DNA of 64,000 bases from Octopus vulgaris (Eukaryota), in the NCBI GenBank assembly GCA_951406725.2, contig OX597831.1, forward strand, positions 18,414,001 through 18,478,000. Reading direction: 5' to 3'. The position numbers and the translations under genes were made by a program. Shown here in pieces: positions 12,664-26,586 of this stretch. The first letter of the stretch is position 1; each line of letters begins with the position of its first letter. The notes below the pieces were generated by a model. That model made no database searches. It had not been told where the DNA came from and saw nothing but the letters and a program-made list of their open reading frames with translations.

Positions 12664-13850
12664 CTAGATGAAGGTGACCCGCTCTACGTGCGGGTAAGAG
12701 TGTAGTAGTTACTTTCTGTTGCTTCCTTTCAGCACGTAAAAAGCATCATCCGAACGTGGCCGATTGCAGCGCCGCTTTGACTGGCTTCTGTGCTAGTGGC
12801 ACATAAAAAGCACCAACCGATCGTTGCCGCTGCGAGCCCCCCTGGCACCTGTGCCTGCGGCACGAAAAAAGGCAACCACTACACTCACAGACTTGGTGGC
12901 GTTAGGAAAGTCATCCACCTGTAGAAACACTGCCAGATCAGACTGGAGCCTGGTGCTGCCTCCTGGCTTCCCAGACCCCGGTCAAACTGTGCAACCCGTG
13001 CTAGGACGGAAGACGGATGTTAAACGATGATGATGATGATGCGCCGCCCTCTTTGTTTCTCTCTCCTTTCTCTCTCACTTTCCCACTTTCTTACATTTCT
13101 TTCTCTCGGACTCTCCCTCGCTTTCTCTTACTCTCTATCTTTATCTATCTCTCTCCCATTTATAAACAACAAAAGTTCTTGAGTAAGCTGAGAAATAAAA
13201 TATTTAGAAAGATCAATCATAAATATCAGGCAGTGGCAACGGAAAGGTCTGCTTCAAGACAGACAGCAAAACGCTAACATTTAAAAGGGAGAGACGAACT
13301 TGCGAGCTGAATAAAAATAATGAAATATTGGAAACCAAAGTTTGAAGGGATAGGATAGAAGAGTCACCATGGCTGGCATTTCTTAACGACGGGCAGCAAC
13401 GTATTGACAGTTGAACGGCTGGCGTAAAATTTTGAACTTGATGTAAAAGAAAATTCGTAAACACCAAGTTTTGAAGTGATTCTTTCTCACGACAGTAGAC
13501 TCACCATGGCAAGCATTCAAAACTTCTTCATCATGGACGGCAACACATTGACGATTAAAAGGTTGGCGTAAATTTTTTAGCTTGATGTAACAGAGAATTC
13601 CTAAACACTCGCTCCTTTAAATTTTAATCCACTTCCAGCCCCATTTTGACCCCTTTTCACATTTTGGTTAATATAACCCGATTTCATTCAGGTCTACTGG
13701 GGCCACATTTTATAATATGAGGAATTTTGTCGTAGGGGTCACGCGTTTCATTTGAGGAAAAAAATAGTTGTCATGCAAACTTGCCAGCACTTTTAACATA
13801 GGTGTGCATATTTTCAGCTGAACCAACCGACCACTAATGCACACATTATA
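12664..13850 (-). mobile_element. Non-autonomous Helitron-like element (3' CTAG end at 12664) interrupted by a SINE fragment
   Basis: ctag next to the hairpin acccgc-tctacgt-gcgggt; the far boundary is approximate. Confidence 0.45.
12725..13040 (+). mobile_element. SINE 3' part with RTE-type tail and (GAT)n
   Basis: gcgttaggaaagtcatccacctgtagaaac..caacccgtgctag..cggatgttaaacgatgatgatgat. Confidence 0.7.
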
Positions 13851-13858
13851 TATATATG

Positions 13859-13914
<56 letters not shown>

Positions 13915-14510
13915 TGTGTGCAAGCATTATATATATATATGTATAAATTAAATTAGAGATAAAATCACAAATAGGCAAATCAAGCAGTGAAAAACCAAAA
14001 ACAAAAACATAAAAATAAAAATATAATATATAAAATATGAAACTGAAAAATTTAAATTATTTAAATTTTTAAAAAATTATTAAATTATAGTTATAATTTG
14101 TTTAAAATATATAGAACTATCAAAAAGTATTAAAAAGTTTAATATACATAAGTACATATATATACACTTTGTATATATACATTATATATACGTATTTATA
14201 TATAGAACACACACACACACATATATATAAACGAAAGCATTGATGTAACAGAGAATTCATAAACACCCGCTCCTTTAAATTTTTATCCCCTTCCAGCCCC
14301 ATTTAGACCCCTTTTCACATTTTGGTTAATATAACCCGATTTCATTCGGGTGTACTGGGGCCACATTTTATAAGATGAGGAATTTTGTCGTAGGGGTCAC
14401 GCGTTTCATTTGAGGAAAAAAAATAGTTTTCATGCAAACTTGCCAGCACTTTTAACATAGGTCTGCATATTTTCAGCTGAACCGACCGACCACATAATGC
14501 ACATATTATA
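13580..14510 (+). repeat. ~270-bp direct repeat (13580-13850 and 14240-14510); the intervening 13940-14240 block recurs at 16310-16610
   Basis: ttgatgtaacagagaattc..ccagccccattt.gaccccttttcacattttggttaatataacccgat occurs twice; tataaattaaattagagataaaa occurs twice. Confidence 0.85.
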
Positions 14511-14550
14511 TATATATATATGTATATATGTATATATGTATATGTTTGTA

Positions 14551-14591
<41 letters not shown>

Positions 14592-14745
14592 TGGAGTACC
14601 TCTCATACGTGAGCGTTGACGCTGAATTCGACTGGTAAGCAGGTAACCTTGTCTTTGTTGAAATAGTTGTGAACTGCTGGAGATAGTTCTCTGACGGGTA
14701 ATGCGAATTTCCATATCCTCCGAGGAAACGAACTGTTGACCCAGA

Positions 14746-14981
14746 CTGTCATGCTATTAGCTGTCAGAAGTGAAAGTACGTCAACTTAATATATTTACGT
14801 CAGGTTAATAACTTCGTTAATTTACGCCGTTTATTTACGTACCACCACGCTGTTAGGTTTATAAATCAATTGAAGTTCAGATTAAAGTTTATAAATAAAT
14901 ACATTTAATTCCCCATTATAGTAATATTTGTCTGTTGAAATCCGTTTTAAGGCGGTCAATAGTTTAATTGAAGATGTGTCT

Positions 14982-15045
<64 letters not shown>

Positions 15046-15604
15046 GTGTATACATATATATATATATATATACATGCGTATATATACATGTGTATACATA
15101 TATATATATACATGTGTAATCTATACACATGTATATATATACATGTATATACACATCTTTAATTAAACTATTGACCGCATTAAAACGGATTTCAACAAAC
15201 AAATATTACTATAATGGATAATATAAGCATATAACTACTTATACACACATACAATAAATACAGACACACACATTAGTCAGACATATAGCCACATATACAC
15301 ACACACACGTGTGTATGATTGGAGTATGTGATCGCGGTGGTGGTGGTCATTTGTGCAGATTTGGTGTGATTTCTTTTTTAAAAACAATAATGAATAATGC
15401 AAGAATATATTTATTTATAAAGTTTAAACAGAACATGGAATGAAATGTATTTATTTATAAACTTTAAACTGAACTTCAATTGTTTTATTAACCTAACAGC
15501 GTGGTGGTGCGTAAATAAACGGCGTAAATTAACGAAGGTATAAACCTGACGTAAATACACGAAGTTGATGTACTTTCACTTCTGACAGCTAATAGCATGA
15601 CAGT
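14746..15604. mobile_element. Nested foldback/MITE: outer inverted repeats ~160 bp (14746-14906 and 15444-15604), inner ~78 bp (14913-14990 and 15142-15218) around a TA microsatellite
   Basis: actgtcatgctattagctgtcagaagtgaaagtac / gtactttcacttctgacagctaatagcatgacagt; ccattatagtaatatttg / caaatattactataatgg. Confidence 0.8.
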
Positions 15605-15918
15605 GCCTTAATTTTAATAAAAGCATCAATTTAAGAAAAAAATAATAAAGTAATAAAAAATGAAAATTTAGCACGAAAAATTTGCAGGGTTCTAAATAAA
15701 TGTGAAAATGTAATAGATACGAAAAACCTACGTTATCACCAGAACACGTACGCACGTTGGTCTGTTCTGTTTGTATTTGCTCGATCGGCGCGTAGAGAGA
15801 GAGAGAGAGAGAGAGAGATAGAGTGTGTGAAAGTGCTGTGAGGAAATAGAGTGAGTGAAAAAGTGATGGGAAGTTATAAATAGAAGTGTGCACGCATTAT
15901 ATATAAATATTATATATA

Positions 15919-16306
15919 TCTTTATATATAAAAGTCAAGTTGTGTGTCTGTCTCCTACGATTTAGATTCCTAACTACTCCCACATTTTGCGGTGCAGTGT
16001 AACCAAAAGCGGGTATCTTATAATCGTGATTCATATCGAGCCCTTCTGGGTATTAGCATGCGTCTACGATGAGTCTACGATTTTAAAAATAATTTACCAT
16101 CATTTTAATGCAATTCTTTCGCAATTATATAAGGGAAGTAACTCTCTAAAAATGTCTACGATGAGTCAACGATATTTTTAAAAAATTACCATCATTTTCT
16201 TTCCATTTTTAATGCATTTTTTGCTATTTTTTGTCTATAACTCTCTAAAAAGGCTTATATAGTTATTTCCCTTACAAACCCGAGCAACGCCGGGCGATAC
16301 TGCTAG
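15919..16306 (+). mobile_element. Non-autonomous Helitron
   Basis: 5' TC after A, 3' hairpin cccgagcaacgccggg, then CTAG|T. Confidence 0.75.
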
Positions 16307-16995
16307 TATATATATAAATTAAATTAGAGATAAAACCACTAATAGGCAAATGAAACAGTAAAAAAACAAAAAACAAAAACATAAAAATAAAAATATAATA
16401 TAGAAAATATATAAAATTGACAAATTTAAATTATTTAAATTTAAAATGAAAATTATTAAATTATATTTATAATTTGTTTAAAAATACATATAACTATCAA
16501 AAAGGATTTAAAAGTTTAATATACATAAATACAGATATATACACTTTGTATATATACATTATATATACATATTTATATATCGAACACACACACATATATA
16601 AATGAACGCAATGAATATCTAATTCATAATATTTGTTGTCAAGATTGTGTGTTGTTGGTGGCGTATGGCGATGATAATTCTCCCTATGAATACAGACAGA
16701 TACATCAATGAACGCCGTCTGACGAACTTTACATTAAATAACAGGAGTGGACTTGTCAAAGTTATATATAAAATGGGAGTGAGAGGGGAATAAAGGAAAT
16801 AGCGTGAGTGAGGAATATGGCCCCTAGCAACTACACCTTTTAAGATATGGATTTCTAATGTATCCCACGGGCATCGTCACCACAATCTACATGTCCCTGT
16901 AAATTTTGGAGCGAATCGGACGGATGTAGTGGCATTGACAGCGATCCAAGCGGTAAAAGCGCATTTCAGTTTTATATATATATATATATATAACA

Positions 16996-17054
<59 letters not shown>

Positions 17055-17055
<1 letters not shown>

Positions 17056-18365
17056 AGTCTGACCCGTCCACTTCACACCTCTTCCCTAACCGACCCCTCT
17101 CCTCTTTCAATCAAGCCCATAACCTATGTGACCTCTTGGTCCACAGCTTCTGCCCTGACCCTACATCCCACCTGGCTCGTTCCCCTGCTCCCGCCCACGT
17201 TGCCGCACTTGCCCTTTTCTCTCCAACACCACCCTCCTCACTGGCAGCCATCATCGACTCCTTCACCTTCACATCCAGCAATATCATCTATTGCATCTCC
17301 TGCCCTCTCTGCCATTCCCTGTACATCGGACAAACGGGACGCCGCTTGGCTGACCGGTTCGCGGAACACCTCCGAGACATCCGTCTGGCCAATGACACAC
17401 CGGTCTCACGGCATTTCCGCTCCACCGGTCACTCCTTGGAACACCTGTCTGTGTTCGGATTGTCCTTGCACAGAGGCCATCCGGATTCCCGTTTGCGCCG
17501 TGAACAGGGATTAATCTTCTCTCTTCGCTCTTTTACGCCATTTGGTCTCAACTTTCCCCACCTTTTCATCTACCCCCCTTTTTGTTTTCATCTAACCTCC
17601 CCCCGACTCCTACTTCTCTTCAGTCCTTCATCTTTTCACCCCTACTCTCTTTCCCTCCTCTTCCCTTCTTCCCTCTTCTTCTTTCTTCTTCCCTTTTCCC
17701 CCTCTCTCTTTCTCTCTGCTCCCTCACTCCCCTTCTCTTCCCCTCCTCCTCCTCTCCCTCTCCTCTTCCTTCCCCTGCCCTCATTTCCCCTCCTCTCCCT
17801 CTTCCCTCCCTTATCCTCCCCTTCTTCTCCTCCTCTCATTCATTCTCCTCTCCCTCCCCCCTCCCATATCCCCCTCCCCCACATTCCGCCCTCATCTCCT
17901 ATCTCCCCCACACCACACTACACTACACCATACGACATTACACATCATATATACATACACATGTCTAGACCACCAGCCCTCTTCCACATGCACATACATT
18001 CTCTCTTATACACACACGCACCTTCAGGTTGGAGCGAGGTCACTTGACCCTGTCATCTCCCCTACTATCCCTCTAGCGTCTAACGTCTGACCTCTAACGT
18101 TTGACCTCCGATTTCTGACTTCTCCTGAAATCAGAACGCCATGTTGGATCGTTAGCCCCTACACGCAATTCTTTTCTCTCCTTGTTTCCTTTCTGTGTAT
18201 CTTTCTGTCGAAGAGCGTAGGCTCGAAACGTAAAAGACTTGTTCTGTTTCTATTCCTGAGCACCATACTAATACATTGTTTGTTTGTACTCCACCTGCCT
18301 TCGTCTTTTCTTCATTTTCGTAAATCTGCCTTCGTCGTTTGTTTACTTTCGTAAATCTTCCCGTT
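17055..18365 (+). mobile_element. 5'-truncated Penelope-like element (GIY-YIG domain, polypyrimidine tract, hammerhead) between (TA)n runs
   Basis: SSNIIYCISCPLCHSLYIGQTGRRLADRFAEHLRDI..VSRHF..GH..RE..LI..L....PFGLN. Confidence 0.9.
18200..18237 (+). ncRNA. Minimal hammerhead ribozyme, variant core
   Basis: UCUUU-CUGUCGAA-GAGC-GUAG-GCUC-GAAA-CG-UA-AAAGA: stem I UCUUU/AAAGA, 4-bp stem II, ACGU palindrome in place of stem III. Confidence 0.6.
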
Positions 18366-18435
18366 ATATATATATATATATATACATATATAGAGAGAGA
18401 GATACAATGATAGATAGATAGAGATAGATAGATAG

Positions 18436-18493
<58 letters not shown>

Positions 18494-19894
18494 TAGATGC
18501 ATGTTACATAAATACTTTATACACGTATGATTCAAATATATTTTACATTCTCAAGACGTTATATTTCTTGCTCGCATCCCTCTTCTATGTTTATAAGACC
18601 AACCAAGCGAAATAAGGTAAGTAATACTATAAGGACATAGATTGTTTTATATATCTCAGCTTATTTCATAGCCGAGATGGGATGATCATATCAGTTCAGT
18701 ATAACTGAATACATTAGAGTAAAGAAAATCCTCATCGAGAAGTGTTCTCAGATTGTACAATCTTATGATTATCCTTTCTACTACAGAAACAATAAACGGA
18801 AGTATGGTGATGGATGATAGCCGACTGTATCGACCTCAGAACTCATATGATAATATCTATTTCGTTAACAAATACTCCTATCTACCACATACTCTACTCT
18901 TAGTTTGATGTCAATTCATAAAATTTATATATATATATATATATATATGAATATATATTACAGGGATAACGAAGCTTTTTTCCAATACATTATAAGAGCG
19001 AAGTGTTATTATAATCACGCCTTTCAAAACCTTACGGCAATGAATTACGTAATCCTTTCTAAAACGGTTACAAGCCCTAAACACGTTTTTGGGGGTGGAG
19101 CAGGAGTAGTCTATAATATCTATACCAGTGCTCAACCGGTTCTATTTCATTAACTCCGAAAGGATAAAAGGCAGTATCAACCTCGCCGGAATTTGAACAT
19201 AAAATATAAAGACGGATAGGATGCTGACAAATATTTCGTCCGTTATAGAAAACAAACTGTCAGCTCATAATATTCAATGAATCACATAATAAATGACATT
19301 TCATATCGATCTTTTACCGATATTGTAAATCATTAAAACAAGACAAGTAGTTTTTGTATTTTGGGCATTGAAATCGTTTAATATTATTTCGAAATTCAGA
19401 GAAATCACTGCAAATAAAAGCGAACCTGTGTTGTTTCAATATAGCGTGTCCGTGTAAGATTCATTAACATTAATTGTGTTCACATATTTTATCGATTTAT
19501 CACTAATAACCGATAAAATCAACTGTGTAGGTGATATTGCAAGAATCAAATGTGCATGTAGCTTTCACCATTTTTCTATCCGGCGAACACGATTACAAGT
19601 TAAACTTCATTTGCACACTGTCATACAGGTGGAATTTAGTGTATAATTTATGAAGATGAAAAAAATGAAATTAAAATTTACGCACACACATACATGCGTC
19701 CAGACATTCACACACACACACACACTTTCTTGCAAGGAAGCAGAAACTGCCTAAAGAAGGGAAGTACTTATTTTTTTATACTTTCATGCAAAACATTCAG
19801 ATATGTTGAAGATCTGTTAAACTTGTGCACCACATTTTTTATTCGATGCCCAAGTCTTGAGCCATATATCGTTTAAGTACAGTTATCATTCTGT

Positions 19895-20225
19895 GAAGGC
19901 GCATGGCTCAGTGGTTAGAGCGTCGAACTTACGATCATGTGGTTGTGAGTTTGATTACCCGATCGGGTTCTTGAGCAAGACACTTTATTTCACTTTGCTC
20001 CAGTTAACTCAGCTGTAGAAATGAGTTGCGACATCACTGGTGCCAAGCTGTGTCGGCCCCTTTGCGTTTCCCTTGGATAACATCAGTGGCGTTTAGAGGG
20101 GGAGGCTGGCATGCATGGGCAACTGCTGCTCTTCCATGAAAACACACTTGCTCGAACTTGTACCTCGGAGGGTAACTTTCTAGATGCAATCCTATGGTCA
20201 TTCACCACCGAAGGGGGTCTCCCCA
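19895..20225 (+). mobile_element. tRNA-derived SINE (second family)
   Basis: A-box tggctcagtggttagagc, B-box-like gagtttgattacc, core cttgagcaagacactttatttcac. Confidence 0.8.
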
Positions 20226-21596
20226 AAAGTTATCATTCTAGTAAACGTTCGACAAGAGACTTTTTTTAATCCAAATTTTATGAGGTGAAAATTTATGCGG
20301 GATCAAATTGACTGCGAATGTGTTTCTTTCCGATTTTATTATTCCAAGTGTGAACCACCTATAAATCTACGTCAAAACCAGACACTATTGGTGTCATTTA
20401 GTTAGTGACTTTACATTATATTATCAATAAGAACTAATTCACTACGGCCACCACAATAATCACTTAATCCACAGATTACATTACTGATAAACATATAACA
20501 CGATGTGTACTCATATAAAACGCATAAGAATATAGTAAGAATATAGTTATTGAGATACATTCATATAGATACATTCAGTTCAAAGCTATCTCAGGTGTAT
20601 ATTTTCACTACATACTCGATCTTTTATCAGCAGGTGTTTAACATCAGTGAACCGCGAAGAAGTAGGTCATAAATCAAATTCCTGCAGATGCAATAACAAT
20701 GTCCGGTGCAAATTTCCTATAAATTTCGTTTTATTTCCTTCGATGTTATCAGAACAATGGCAATTTTACTGAAATGTTTTGGGGGTGTACATACTTCTGT
20801 CAGTTACACTATATGCATATACACAGATATAAATACATGGGCACATGTAACATTAATGATCCGATGCGCAGATGTGCTAGTTTACATTATTTACACGATG
20901 AATATATCATTGTCTTGTGTAATATTTTGCCTTCCATATTGATAGAAATAAATGCATCTAATATTTTGCAGAAGAAAATTAATAATACGTGAAAATGTTT
21001 TGCGAAACAGCAGTTATTATATGAAGGCCATGTGGTGAAATAAAGTTATATTAACCTCTCACACATTTGACATTTAGAATAATCCACATTGACTGAGATT
21101 TATTTACGCATTTTTATGCATCATAAATATGACAAGTCTGTGCTTTCAAATTTGTTTGAAATGCGAAACACTAATGTAGAGAATCACACAAACACGCAGT
21201 CAGTGATTATGGAGCATTAAGCAGCAAACGCTACCTATTAAAATGTTGATCGACATAAGCTACTTATCTTCCAGCAATATTTTCATTGTTATTCTAACAT
21301 GCCAATACAAACTGACACTTCGTCGGTTACGACGAAGTTTTTTCCAGTTGATCTGATAAATGAAAGAAATTGCTCGTGAAATTAACCTGTCTAGTGTCAT
21401 ACACAGGCATACAGCCACTTATGTCTGTGAATGTATGTATGTGTGTAGGTATGCATGTGTGTATGCATGCATTTATATATATACATATAAATGTGTGCGT
21501 GCGTGTGTGTATAGATAGATATACACATGCATATATACATATATACATATATACATACATATATATGTGTATATATATACAAATATATATATATAT

Positions 21597-21702
<106 letters not shown>

Positions 21703-21966
21703 GCATATGCATGCATATGTATTATTAATCAGTGTATGTTTTCTGAAAGGCTACACATGTTCTATATTATAAAGAAAATTCCTTATTTGAATTTATATGC
21801 CATGTATTTACCGCGTTAGTGTGAGTATACAGTGGATGGGAAATTGTACACAACAAAGTTTGTAATACCCGGTGAAACATTAATTTCCGACAGCAGAAAT
21901 GAATTTTTAAGAAGTAGGATATAAAAGTTTAGACGTCAAACAATTCAAAATGCTAATAAAATTAAT

Positions 21967-22056
21967 CATTGAATTAATAAACTACAAAAGTCCTAGGTAA
22001 CATATGTTACAGCGTATTTGAATCGAAAAATAAAACTATTGAAGAATACGTATAAA
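21967..22056 (+). promoter_or_regulatory. Conserved upstream block and TATA-like element of gene B
   Basis: cattgaattaataaactacaaaagtcc (21967-21993) is 26/27 identical to 48289-48315 upstream of gene C. tataaa lies at 22051-22056. Confidence 0.55.
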
Positions 22057-22097
22057 CAGTTACATATACGGATTACCGTGAGGAAAAGGGAGAAATC

Positions 22098-22134
22098 ATG
22101 ATGAAACTTATATTTATATATCTTCTTCTCATTG
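22098..22134 (+). CDS. Gene B exon 1, signal peptide MMKLIFIYLLLI(G)
   Basis: ATG, basic residue and hydrophobic core, phase-1 donor G|gtatgt. Paralogous to 48435-48474, including the start of the intron. Confidence 0.85.
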
Positions 22135-22244
22135 GTATGTAGTTACAGCAAAATCATTTCCTTGTTATATGTCTGAGGAACTGATATATCAATAACACTG
22201 AGTAACACGATTTTTGATCTTGAGTTACAACATTTATTTATAGG

Positions 22245-22369
22245 TACAGGAGTTCTGGGTTCAGTCCCACTGCTTGGCACATTAGGCAAGTGTCTTCTAC
22301 TATAGCTTCGGGCCGACCAAAGCCTTGTGAGTGGATTTGGTAGAGGGAAACAGAAAGAAGTCTGTCGTA

Positions 22370-22425
<56 letters not shown>

Positions 22426-22635
22426 GTATGTGTCTGTATAATTGTGCGTCTGTGTTTGTCCCCCCAAACATCGCTTCACAACCGATGCTGGTGTGTTTAC
22501 GTCTCCGTCACTTACAGGTTCAGCAACAGAGATTACATAGGATAAATCCTGGGTCCGATTTCTTCGACTAAAGGTGGTACTCCAGCATGGCCTCAGTCAA
22601 ATGACTGAAACAAGTAAAAGTGTAAAAGAGTATAG
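22245..22635 (+). mobile_element. SINE with internal (TA)n in gene B intron 1
   Basis: gggttcagtcccactgc..ggcaagtgtcttctactatag..ccagcatggc..cagtcaaatgactgaaacaagtaaaag; same family as 24178-24574. Confidence 0.85.
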
Positions 22636-22832
22636 GAGTATAAGCATTCCTTTAGAAAGTATCTAAACACTGCCTTCATTTTGTAGTAATAAATAACAGG
22701 TTCTTATGCAATATATTGCTGGGAAAATGTATAAACACAAATGTCATAGAGTTTACAGAACGAGGTTTAAACGTAATTTATTCAGTGTATGAAAAATATG
22801 CAAGAAATAATTTGCTAATTTCCAATTTGTAG

Positions 22833-22926
22833 GTGAAGTACTTAGCGCTGATAAGTGCGTCAGATTAGCGGAAACATATTGCAAAGAGTCCTTTGTGGAG
22901 TATCAGAAAAATAGCCGCATGTGCAA
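22833..22926 (+). CDS. Gene B exon 2: (G)EVLSADKCVRLAETYCKESFVEYQKNSRMC(K)
   Basis: Acceptor aatttgtag, donor gtatgt, 94 nt, phase 1-2, open frame. Three Cys align with 49583-49676. Confidence 0.85.
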
Positions 22927-23023
22927 GTATGTATAATATTTCTACAATGAAAGATATTAGACAACGCATGTATGTATGCATGTATGTATGGATGAATATA
23001 TATATATGAATATATATATTTTT

Positions 23024-23077
<54 letters not shown>

Positions 23078-24177
23078 GTTTGTGTTTGTGTGAGCGTGTG
23101 TGTTTACGCACGTATGTTAGTGAGTGTAAGTATACACACTTACGCTTATGTATATATATACAATTGCGGCCAAAATGTTCAGAACGGTATAGTTATCGTC
23201 AGAAAAGTAAGTATAAGTTTTTTATCGAAGTAGTTTTATATTCTATAGTTTTCACAAACAATAAACACCATATTAATTGTTATTGTCTGAGATTTTGGTA
23301 TAATTTGAGAGGATAATACAAAGGTTATAGATGATTTAGTGATTTACTGCAAAACCCATCGCGGCTAAAAGGATGAGAACGGTTGAAAAAATAACAAAAT
23401 AATCAAAAATGACAGAGAATACTGAAATTATTTAATATTTAGTGTGAAGCCCTTTAACTTCAATCACATCCTAACATATTCGACTGCATGAGGAAATTAA
23501 ATTTTCAATTTCTTGCTGGGTGATCTTATTCCATTCTTCCTGAAGGGCATTCCATAATTGCTCAGTTGTTTTAGGATATCTGGCTTTGGAACATTCTTCT
23601 AGAATATTGCACACATTTTCAATAGGATTGAGATCTGGGCTTTGAGCTGGCCAATCCATAACAATAACCTTTTCAGCCTTGAGGAAGTTCATGACCACCT
23701 TAGCCTTGTGACATGGGGCATTGTCCTGCATGAATATGGGTGGTCGCGTAGTTGAATTTCTCAGCACAGGCAAGACATGATCTTATACAAGTTGTTTATA
23801 AACTCCTGCATTTAACCTTCCATGTTATCGCACCAAAGGGCCCACACCATCTCCAGATATCATTCCCCAAACCATGACAATTCCTCCACCGAATTTAACA
23901 CTAGCCTTAAGGCATTTAGGCAATAATTTTTCACCTACTTTTCTACGAACGTACCTTTTCCCATCTGAGCCAAATAGCATAAACTTAGATTCATCACTGA
24001 AATGCACCTTTTGCCATTTTTCTTGAGACCACAACACATGTTCGGTTGCAAAGGTAAGACGACACTTTTTATTCTTGGAGATGATCAGTGGCTTCACTGC
24101 AGGTGCTCTTGTTTGTAGGTCATGTTCAACTAAACGACGAGACACAGTTTTTCGAGATAAAGTTTTCTTCAATACAA

Positions 24178-24574
24178 TACTCTTTCTCTCTCTTTTACTC
24201 TCTTTTAACTGTTTCAGTCATTTGACTGCGGCCATGCTGGAGCACCGACTTTAGTCGAGCAACTCGACCCCGGGACTTATTCTTTGGAAGCCTAGTACTT
24301 ATTCTATCGGTCTCTGTTGCCGAACCGCTAAGTGACGGTGACGTAAACACACCAGCATCGGTTGTCAAGCAATGCTAGGGGAACAAACACAGATACACAA
24401 ACATACACACACACACATATATATACATATATACGACAGGCTTCTTTCAGTTTCCGTCTACCAAATCCACTCACAAGGCATTGGTCGGCCCGAGGCTATA
24501 GCAGAAGACACTTGCCCAAGATGCCACGCAGTGGGACTGAACCCGGAACCATGTGGTTCCTAAGTAAGCTACTT
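24178..24574 (-). mobile_element. SINE body inserted in the Tc1 transposase; its 5' head is displaced to ~26812-26845
   Basis: The minus-strand head ggcgcaagagtggctgtgtggtaagtagctt at 26845 continues as aagtagcttacttaggaaccacatggttccgggttcagtcccactgcgtggc at 24574. Confidence 0.85.
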
Positions 24575-26555
24575 TATTTCAAAACATTTGCCATAAAGGC
24601 AGTACACAGATTAAGTTAGCTTTGCGGGCTGGACGAGGACATTATTGAGGTGAATGATAATGAAAGAAAGATGATAAGGATGGGAGAAGACAGAAAGCGC
24701 CCGCCGACTTTTGCTTCTCTAAAACATTGTTCTTTTTAAAAAAGATTAACACAAAACGAGGTATTAAACCTCTTACAATTTTTCCAATTTTGGGCTTAGC
24801 AGTCCATTATTAATACAAAACGAGGTATTAATCCTCTTACAATTTTTCAATTTTTGGACTTAAGTCCATTACTAATAATACATATCGTCCTCGAAATAGC
24901 TTGTGCCCGCGCCCTCCACCATCAACCACGCCTCCCTCAGAACGTAGTCAATTTCCGAGTTCGCGTCGCCCGGGACCAAGTTATAGTCTTCATTGAGCTC
25001 CTTTAGCCCTAGCGTCACGTCGAACGCCACGGCCTCCACAGCTACCTGCGGAGGCCATTCGGGGTCCTGTGTGAAGGCTAAAGGTGCTCCCTTGTAGTGC
25101 TCTTCCATCACTTTTTCAATTTCTCCTCCTCTATAGAAGAGGACCAATACATTCAGTTCTTTCGTTGGCGGCACAGTTTCCGCCAACGGTATTCCTTCTC
25201 TTGTCGGTGGAACAACCCCAACCGACGTAGTTCCGCGACATTCCGGTGCCACACTGACAGCCGGCAACGTCCCGTTTTTCTTCCTCTTTTTCTTTTTTTT
25301 CCCTTTTCAACTGAGGGAGGGTGCGTCTCCTCCGTGGCTGGAAGATTCGCCCTCCTCTCCTCATCCCTATTATCCTTTGGTGAGCACCCATTGTTGCTCA
25401 CCTTCCTCTTTCGGCCTCTGCTTGAGGAGTCCTCTGCTTTCTCGGCCGTTATCGTTCCCTCTTCTAGAGGGGTTTTACTTAACTGTTCCGGGATCCTATT
25501 TTGTTCCCGAGGACAGTTCTTCTTTATGTGGCCGGACTCCAAGCACCGATGACACTTAGGGGGCGACCCTCAAGCATCACCGGGTACCTGCACCCGGCCA
25601 TTTTCAAAAAATCTGGAAAAACCAGATTGGCTGATTGGGTCCACAGGGTCAAAACTGCTTTCGAGCCAACCCAAGCAGCCGCAGGAAGAACTTTTACATT
25701 GAGGAGCTTAGTTTCGCTGTCACCCAGACCCCGGCGGATAGTCTCCTCTATCCACTCGGGTTCTATGTCGGGTGGCAGTCCGCAGATCCAAGCTTTCATT
25801 AATTTCTTTTTTTTGTAAGTGGGCAGGAATAAGATTTCCTTACCCTCCAAGGGTTCGCTAGCAAATTTGCAAGCCTCTTCAGGGGTGTCAAACAGCAACC
25901 ACACCGTTCCATATTTGACACCCCTGGAAATGAATTTAATTGTTGGCAAATACTCCTCCAACTCCTCCTCTATTGCCGTCTTTTCGAATAGGGCGATGGT
26001 GTCAAGTGCCTTGGAGTATGTTCTCAACACCACCGTCCTATCTTCACGGTCCTTCAACCACTTTTTGGGTGGTATGATTTCCCACTCCAAAACTTTGTTA
26101 TTTTTCATTGCCATGTTTTTTAAAAAATATATTCAAATTAGACTCAAAAGCAGGAAGAAAAAAGTTCAAAAGTCTAAATAAATTTGATAGATTTTTGAAA
26201 AAACAAAAAGGAGAAAGCACAACAGAAGGGAAGAAATTAACGGAAAGTCGCAATAAAGAAAAAACAAAAGGGGGGGGGTAAATGAAGTTCAAAAGAAAGT
26301 TAATAAACAGAAAAAACACAGCAAAAATATTCTGCGATACTCCCGGCCTGGGTTGAACCTGGAACGCCGCAACTGCAACACAACCTCCACAAAAATGGGT
26401 CCGAAAGGTAATCCAATAGTGGCTTATTTTTATACTTTTCTTGCGAAGTACTCTGACAAGGGAATAAATTCAGCAAACTCAAACACAGCACTGGTTACTG
26501 CCAACGGTAATTTTAACAGTAACTGTATTGAATCCTGAGTATACGCCCCTCCACT

Positions 26556-26586
<31 letters not shown>

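Noticed and set aside
17582-17968. Pro/Ser/Leu-rich and Arg/Gly/Glu-rich ORFs
   Set aside because: They come from the polypyrimidine tract of the Penelope element.
19895-19975. tRNA gene candidate (also 11087 and ~28650)
   Set aside because: A/B boxes are present but there is no cloverleaf, and the sequence continues into SINE bodies or is decayed.
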